Below are positions 26,540 through 32,000 of a stretch of 32,000 bases of DNA, piece after piece (position 1 is the stretch's first letter; each line of letters opens with the position of its first letter). The position numbers and the translations under genes were made by a program. Source of the stretch: Methylorubrum extorquens (GTDB taxonomy: Bacteria; Pseudomonadota; Alphaproteobacteria; Rhizobiales; Beijerinckiaceae); contig LT962688.1 of assembly GCA_900234795.1 (NCBI GenBank), positions 5,640,001 through 5,672,000 of the forward strand, written 5' to 3'. Under the pieces are notes generated by a model that worked only from the letters and a program-made list of their open reading frames with translations, did no database searches and was not told the DNA's origin.

Positions 26540-27808
26540 ATGACCTCCACCCCCCGCCATGTCCCTGTCGTCATCGTCGGCGGCGGCCAAGCCGGCCTCT
26601 CGGTCAGCTACCACCTCAAGCAGCGCGGCATCGAGCATCTCGTGTTCGAGAAGAAGACCGCCGCACATACCTGGGAAACCCAGCGCTGGGACACCTTCTG
26701 CCTCGTTACGCCGAACTGGCAGTGCGACCTGCCAGGCCACCGCTATGACGGTCCGGACCCGGACGGGTTCATGAAGAAGGACGAGATCGTCACCTATCTC
26801 AAGGCCTTCGTCGCCAAGGTGGACCCGCCGATCCGCGAGGGCGTGGCGGTCACCCGCGTCGAACGGCGCGAGGACGGCATCTTCTCGGTCCAAACCTCGG
26901 CAGGCGACTACTCCGCGGACGAGGTCGTCGTCGCCTCGGGCGGCTATCACACCCCGATCATCCCGCGCATGGCCGAGAAGCTGCCGGGCTCGATTACCCA
27001 GATCCACTCGAACCAGTACCGCAACCCGGCCCAGTTGCCTGAGGGCGAGGTGCTGGTGGTGGGCTCCGGCCAGTCCGGCGCGCAGATCGCCGAGGACCTG
27101 CACCTCGCCGGACGCAAGGTGCACCTGGCGGTGGGCGACGCGCCCCGCTGCGCCCGCTTCTATCGCGGTCGCGACGTCGTCACCTGGCTCGCCGACATGG
27201 GCTACTACGAGATGACTGTCGACAACCATCCGCTGCGCGACGGCGTCCGCGACAACACCAACCACTACGTGACCGGCCGCGACGGTGGTCGCGACATCGA
27301 CCTGCGCCGCTTCGCCACCGAGGGCATGCGGCTCTACGGCCTGATGGAGGACTACCGGGACGGCAACCTGCGTTTCCGCGACGACCTCAAGCGCTCGCTG
27401 GACCAGGCCGACCGGACCTACAACGGCATCAATGCGGCTATCGACAAGTACATCGCCGAGAAGGGCATCGAAGCCCCGGCGCAGGAGCACTACACGCCGG
27501 TCTGGGAGCCGGGCGAGCCGGTCACCAGCCTGCCGCTGGAAGGCTCCGGCATCACCAGCGTCGTCTGGTGCATCGGCTTTACGCCGGATTTCCGCTGGCT
27601 CGATGCCTCGGTGTTCAACGGCGCGGGCAACCCGAAGCACAAGCGCGGCGTGACAAACGAGGACGGCGTCTACTTCATTGGCCTGCCCTGGCTGAACACC
27701 TGGGGTTCGGGCCGCTTCGGGGCGGTCGGTCGCGACGCCGAGCACGTCGTGCAAGCGATCCAGAAGCGCCTCGGTGCCGAGCGGCCCGCCCTCAGGTTCG
27801 CGGTCTGA
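26540..27808 (+). CDS. flavin-dependent oxidoreductase (MSMEG_0569 family, two dinucleotide-binding sites)
   Basis: VVIVGGGQAGLS (FAD site) and VLVVGSGQSGAQIAEDL (NAD(P) site). ATG 26540 has GGAG 9 nt upstream. Confidence 0.85.
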   Translation: MTSTPRHVPVVIVGGGQAGLSVSYHLKQRGIEHLVFEKKTAAHTWETQRWDTFCLVTPNWQCDLPGHRYDGPDPDGFMKKDEIVTYLKAFVAKVDPPIREGVAVTRVERREDGIFSVQTSAGDYSADEVVVASGGYHTPIIPRMAEKLPGSITQIHSNQYRNPAQLPEGEVLVVGSGQSGAQIAEDLHLAGRKVHLAVGDAPRCARFYRGRDVVTWLADMGYYEMTVDNHPLRDGVRDNTNHYVTGRDGGRDIDLRRFATEGMRLYGLMEDYRDGNLRFRDDLKRSLDQADRTYNGINAAIDKYIAEKGIEAPAQEHYTPVWEPGEPVTSLPLEGSGITSVVWCIGFTPDFRWLDASVFNGAGNPKHKRGVTNEDGVYFIGLPWLNTWGSGRFGAVGRDAEHVVQAIQKRLGAERPALRFAV

Positions 27809-28010
27809 CCCGAGAGCCCGTCGGTCCTTTGGTGCCACCCGTTAGGGGCTGGCGAATACGCTTCGTGGACCCCGAGGCGGGCCAATCCGATCTGTCGTCC
27901 AGGCGCATCATGTGCCTGTGCCGTTCCTGCAACAAGACGATCCTCAAAGCACTGCCTGAGCATTATCGATTAGACTCTAAGATTTTGCGGTGCAGAATAT
28001 AAGTATTGAA

Positions 28011-28039
28011 GGAATTACATACAGTTTGTATGTATTTCC
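28011..28039. promoter_or_regulatory. 29-bp near-perfect palindrome GGAATTACATACAGTTTGTATGTATTTCC
   Basis: The arms ACATACA/TGTATGT are flanked by GGAA/TTCC. It lies in the AT-rich gap between the nit cluster and the OMP gene, about 110 nt upstream of ATG 28148. Confidence 0.55.
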
Positions 28040-28147
28040 ATGCAATCAAGACAAATCCGCTATAACATCTCACGTAGACTTCATTGCCGCCGATGCTTTC
28101 CGGCGAACGGGCGCGGCTGGCCGGTGCGTAGGCCAAGAAGGGGACCG

Positions 28148-29083
28148 ATGATGCTGAAGAACTTCGCGGCCGCGGCGGGAGCGTTCGCCGCAGTCACCCT
28201 GGGCGCGACCGCCGCCTACGCCCAGGCAACCACGATCCCCGGCGAGCAGGTCGGCCTCGCAGTCGGTGCCCCTCTGCCCGAGGGCATCTACGCCATCGAC
28301 ACCTTCATCTACCGCCGGAACGACACCCGGTTCTCGACCGACACGGCGATCAACGTGCCGGTCCTAGTCTGGTCGACCGGCTACAAATTCCTCGGTGCCA
28401 ACATACAGCCCTTGCTAGCCCAGCCGACTGTGTTCGGGTTCCCCAACAACCCGGCGGGCGTGCCCAACCGCGACTTCACCGTCAACGTCGGCACCCTTGT
28501 CGGATCGATCTTCGCCTGGGATCTCGGTAATGGCTTCGGCGTCAGCTACCTCGCGGCTGTCCACTTGAACGACCTCGACGCCGGCCGCGGCCTGCCGCAG
28601 TTCTCCTCCAACACCTACCGCCAGGGCTTCGCGGCCAGCTACACCGCCGATGGCTGGAACCTAACGGCCAACCTGACCCACAACTTCTACGACTCCCCCG
28701 GCCGGTTCGAGGGTGCCGTCGGACGGGCGATTGGTCCGCTCTACCTCGCGGACGCCCTCCTGCTCGACCTCACGGCGACCAAGAAGTTCGGCAAGTTCGA
28801 GATCGGCGCGGTGGCATACGGGGTGACGGATCTGCCGCTCGGCGGTCGCGACTTCGCGCGCGCCTCCGCGCAGGGCTACACCCGGGCCGGACGCTTCGCG
28901 GTCGGCGGCTTGATCGGCTACGACTTCGGGCCGTTCACCGCGCAGCTCATGGTGGCCCGCGACGTCGCGGTTCGGACCCGCGGCACGGAGTCGACGGACG
29001 GCTTCATCCGCCTCATCGCGCCGCTCTACACGGCTCCGAAGGCCGCCGCGGTCGAGCCCGTCGCTCTGATGCGAAAGTATTGA
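28148..29083 (+). CDS. putative outer-membrane beta-barrel protein
   Basis: Signal peptide MMLKNFAAAAGAFAAVTLGATAAYAQ. Alternating aromatic/Gly-rich strands follow (..GFGVSYLAAVHL.., ..GFAASYTADGWNLTANLTHNFY.., ..FEIGAVAYGVTD..). Good RBS aagaagggga. The function is not assignable. Confidence 0.6.
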   Translation: MMLKNFAAAAGAFAAVTLGATAAYAQATTIPGEQVGLAVGAPLPEGIYAIDTFIYRRNDTRFSTDTAINVPVLVWSTGYKFLGANIQPLLAQPTVFGFPNNPAGVPNRDFTVNVGTLVGSIFAWDLGNGFGVSYLAAVHLNDLDAGRGLPQFSSNTYRQGFAASYTADGWNLTANLTHNFYDSPGRFEGAVGRAIGPLYLADALLLDLTATKKFGKFEIGAVAYGVTDLPLGGRDFARASAQGYTRAGRFAVGGLIGYDFGPFTAQLMVARDVAVRTRGTESTDGFIRLIAPLYTAPKAAAVEPVALMRKY

Positions 29084-29246
29084 AGAGCGTTCCCGCGGCC
29101 CTGGCCCCCTCTTCGAGGTGATGCCCCGGGCGCGGTCGAGATCGAAGTGAACTCCTTCCCAAGGATCCCGCTTCGACAGGGGCCGGGTGGCCAAGTCTCG
29201 ACAGCTACCACCACCCGGTCTCGCCCTTTCCCGAAGGAGAAGGCCG

Positions 29247-30085
29247 TTGGGTCTGCACACGAGACTCGAAGGGGTCGACACGCCCCTGACGGATGCCTGC
29301 CGCCATGTCCTGGGCATGCCGCATCTCTGCCCGAGCGGCCTCTCCGAGAACTGGCTCTGGAAAGAGCTTGGGCACCGCCACTGGGGTTTGATCGCCAAGG
29401 CGTTCGGCAGGGCCGAGGCCGGGTTCGGGCCTACGGGCGAGCCGCCCGTCTACGCGGCGTTCCGGAGGATCGCCCTGCAGGGCGGCGACCTCGGCGCCGT
29501 TTGCGAGAACGACGCGTTGGACGTGCGCTCGACGGTCACGTACCTTTCGGAGACCTGGGTCGTCAGCCGGCACGTCGCGACGTGCCGGGACCGGCTGGTC
29601 GCGGACGTGGAGATGACCTCCGTGTTCGGGAGGCGCCAGACCGAGGGCGCGAACCGTTCCATAGCCCGGGTAAGGATCGAGGGTCGGCAGCGCACCATAC
29701 CCGCTTTCGGGGCCATGCCCGCCCAGCCCGCTAGCACCGAGCACGCGTCTTCGGGGGCTATCACAGCGCTGGACGAGCGCGAGCTCGGAACCTTGGTCGT
29801 CGATCCATGTCCCCACCTAACTTTAACGGGGCCGGGCTCCTGTACTTCAGCAGCTTCGTCGCCGCCGTGGATCGGGCCGAGTGGCACTTCCTCGGGAAGC
29901 GATCAGGCAACTACGCCACCCGTGTGCGTCGAGCTTTGTTCCACGCGAACGTCGATATGGGTGACCGTCTCTCAGTGCGGGTGCTGGCTTCGAGCGACGA
30001 GGCTAATTGCTGCCATCGTGCGATTTTGTCGACGGTGGATGGCAAGCTACTGGCGGAGATAGTAAGGCACCGCACCAAACTATAA
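29247..30085 (+). pseudogene. LnmK / Pnap_2097-like double hot-dog fold protein, frame broken at a C4 run
   Basis: The TTG 29247 start has AAGGAG 7 nt upstream. The N-terminal half reads GMPHLCPSGLSENWLWKELGHRHWGLIAKAF. The second hot-dog half (PNFNGAGLLYFSSFVAAVDRAEWHF..) is in another frame (ORF 29807..30085). Adding one C to CCCC at 29811-29814 joins them. Confidence 0.55.
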
Positions 30086-30286
30086 GATGGATACAAGAGG
30101 CCGGTGCTATATACTGATTTGAAGCCGGCCATATGGCGAGCATGTAATCGGTTCCTGGTTATCGCCAACTTCCGGCGCGCTGTTGCCAAGTTCTGCTAAT
30201 ACTTCGATAGCGGACCTTCGCATACGTAAATTCGTATGTCCGCTGACCACCCCATCCGGACCTTCGCCAGCGGCGCTTCCAGGGTC

Positions 30287-30335
30287 CGCTTAGGGTCAGG
30301 AGTTCGCACTCCGCTTGTTCAGCTGTGTGCCAATT
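30287..30335. repeat. 49-nt repeat, copy B (41/49 identical to 12306..12354)
   Basis: cgcttagggtcaggagttcgcactccgcttgttcagctgtgtgccaatt. It ends 17 nt before the IS110-family inverted repeat. Confidence 0.7.
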
Positions 30336-30352
30336 TTGTTCTCTAATGAGTC

Positions 30353-31658
30353 AATGGGCGGCAGCTCAATCCAGAGCGTTCGACGCTTTCGGGTGCCTGC
30401 GTTCTCTACGTGCTCGTGCGGCACTTGATGGGGTCAGCTGGGTGCAAAGCGGCTCGGTTGAAAGCGCAGTCGGCGCAAGGCCGCATGCTACAGAATCGGC
30501 GCCATCTTCTGCTCCCTTCCTCGGGCGTCGCTCCCGCTCGGGAGCTCGGTTCGGCCTCCTGTCCGGTGATGTCAGCCGCTACGCAGGTCGGAACTCGGTG
30601 CCCTGCCGCAGCATCGCGTGCATGATGATCGCTAGCCGGCGCGCGAGAGCGATGCGGGCCTTGCGCATCGTAGAGCGCTTCGCGATGGCCAGAGCCCAAG
30701 CCTTCAGCTTCAGGGGCTGCCTGCAGCGCGTCAGCATCACGTTGGCGGCTTCGTACAGCAGCGTTCTGACCCGCCGGTCGCCGCACTTCGAGATGCTACC
30801 GGTGTAGTCGACCTCGCCCGATTGGTAGCGTCGCGGAACAAGGCCAAGATACGGACCGACGTCGCGGGAGCGCCTGAAGCGCTCAGGATCATCGACGGCT
30901 GCCGTGAAAGCGAGCGCGGTGAGTTGACCGACGCCCGGGATCGTCATCAACCGCCGGCAGGCATCTGAGGCTCGGACCATCCGCTTGATATCTGCATCGA
31001 TGGCGGCGACAGCTGCCAGCACGGCAGCTCGTGCTCCGATCAGGCCGCGCATGGCGGCGGACAGTCCAGCGATCCCCTCGCTCGAACGCAGAGCCTGCTC
31101 GATGAACGCAGGGCTGAGCGCCCGCGGTAGCCGCACCCCGAACACGACGGCAAGACCGCGGATCTGGTTCTCCAGCGTGACCCGCTGGCCGACCAGCTTC
31201 TTGCGCGCGATGATCAACGACCTCACGGCGTGTGCCGGCAGCGACTTCACGTGCACCGGCTTGAAGAAGCCTGTTCGTGCCAGATGAGCCAGACCGCGCG
31301 CATCGTTCCGGTCGGTCTTGTGCGTCGTAAGCGACTTCAAGGCTTGGTAAGCCTGCCGGCTCTCGACGCAGACGACCGGCACACCATGGTCGGCCAAGCC
31401 GTGGAACAGCATTGGAGCCATCCGGCCTGTCTCGAACACAACCCGACGGCAGGCAGGCGCCTTCGCGAGTTCCTGCGCGATGTCGGCAGGCGTAGAGGCC
31501 ACCTTCGCCTGATGGGTAACTACTCCGTCGCGGTCGACCACGCAGACGTGCGTCTCCTCCATCGAGACATCTAGGCCAGCGAAATACTCCATAATCAGCC
31601 TCCTCTTCCGGCAGCGGAGCCGATCCTATCGACTTCCGCAGAAGAGCTGCCGCCCATT
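30353..31658 (-). mobile_element. IS110-family (IS1111-like architecture) insertion sequence
   Basis: Perfect 15-bp inverted repeats AATGGGCGGCAGCTC (30353-30367) and GAGCTGCCGCCCATT (31644-31658) bracket the transposase gene. The 5' leader is 51 nt and the 3' non-coding region is 211 nt. These are minimum extents. Confidence 0.7.
30579..31592 (-). CDS. IS110-family DEDD transposase
   Basis: The N-terminal RuvC-like DEDD blocks are AGLDVS, VVFETG and HKTDRNDARGLA. The C-terminal domain reads LMTIPGVGQLTALAFTAAVDDPERFRRSRDVGPYLGLVPRRYQSGE..SKCGDRRVRTLLYEAA. RBS is ggaggctgattATG. Confidence 0.9.
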   Translation of the reverse strand: MEYFAGLDVSMEETHVCVVDRDGVVTHQAKVASTPADIAQELAKAPACRRVVFETGRMAPMLFHGLADHGVPVVCVESRQAYQALKSLTTHKTDRNDARGLAHLARTGFFKPVHVKSLPAHAVRSLIIARKKLVGQRVTLENQIRGLAVVFGVRLPRALSPAFIEQALRSSEGIAGLSAAMRGLIGARAAVLAAVAAIDADIKRMVRASDACRRLMTIPGVGQLTALAFTAAVDDPERFRRSRDVGPYLGLVPRRYQSGEVDYTGSISKCGDRRVRTLLYEAANVMLTRCRQPLKLKAWALAIAKRSTMRKARIALARRLAIIMHAMLRQGTEFRPA

Positions 31659-32000
31659 ACCCGATGTTGAAAAATTTGCGTCGGATTTGGATCCAGTGCT
31701 GAGCGGCCGCGCGCCGGTCCGGTGTAACTGGCGGCATGCCTAATTCGAATCCGACCGTCAGCGAACTCTTCAAGGCCAAGGCCATCACCGACGAGCAGGT
31801 GAACGCGGCGGTAGAGGTGTAAATTTCGGATTTAGAATCGGGCATCTTTCCGATTGATGATGGACATGTCGTCGATGCCGATGCGGTGGTCGTCCCGTAT
31901 TTTGGGCCGGTCACGCCATCGCCAACGCGGGGTCGAGCCTTGGCTTGGAGCGTGGCGCCGTCCGCATCGCGATCTTGCTGGCGCGGGCTCAGAAGGCTTG

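Noticed and set aside
26321-27838. 505-aa ORF antisense to the flavoprotein gene
   Set aside because: Shadow ORF. The sense strand has two GxGxxG dinucleotide-binding motifs.
31738-31760. TTCGAATCC, a tRNA T-loop-like string (and GGTTCGAAGCC at ~20529)
   Set aside because: The flanking bases do not form T-arm or acceptor stems, and no cloverleaf can be drawn.
1-32000. CRISPR arrays, rRNA and tRNA genes
   Set aside because: I saw no regularly spaced direct repeats and no rRNA- or tRNA-like sequence anywhere in the window.

Overview
High-GC bacterial chromosome segment. The gene content looks alphaproteobacterial (Rhizobiales or Methylobacterium-like), but that is only a guess. About 30 genes are supportable. 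The most interesting part is 19.0-30.1 kb. It holds a complete eight-gene Nit1C-type cluster: MSMEG_0572-like protein, nitrilase, radical SAM, GNAT, AIR-synthase-like protein, GT4 glycosyltransferase, MSMEG_0570-like protein and flavoprotein. This is a conserved pathway whose chemistry is, to my knowledge, unresolved. Here it sits behind an exact sigma54-type -24/-12 promoter and next to a divergent MocR-type (GntR plus aminotransferase fold) regulator. A second MocR paralog lies 1.5 kb away. The cluster is also bracketed by an AT-rich TGTATG/CATACA palindrome family, which also occurs in front of a downstream outer-membrane protein gene. The radical-SAM gene is split by a 2-nt shift in an (AT)3 run. 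Elsewhere the window contains a MarR-FUSC-DUF1656-HlyD efflux operon, a secreted L,D-transpeptidase, an M20D amidohydrolase, a GlxA regulator, a mocR-tehA-cytochrome c string and a DUF983 gene. There are two insertion sequences. One is an IS21-family element whose IstA has lost its catalytic core in frame. The other is an IS110/IS1111-like element with 15-bp inverted repeats and a long structured 3' non-coding region. Reading-frame breaks are unusually dense, including a UPF0126 membrane protein, the M20 signal peptide, an ALA-synthase remnant and an LnmK-like protein. Several sit in short homopolymers, so either assembly indels or real gene decay is possible. All calls come from reading the translations and sequence by eye. 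No searches were run.
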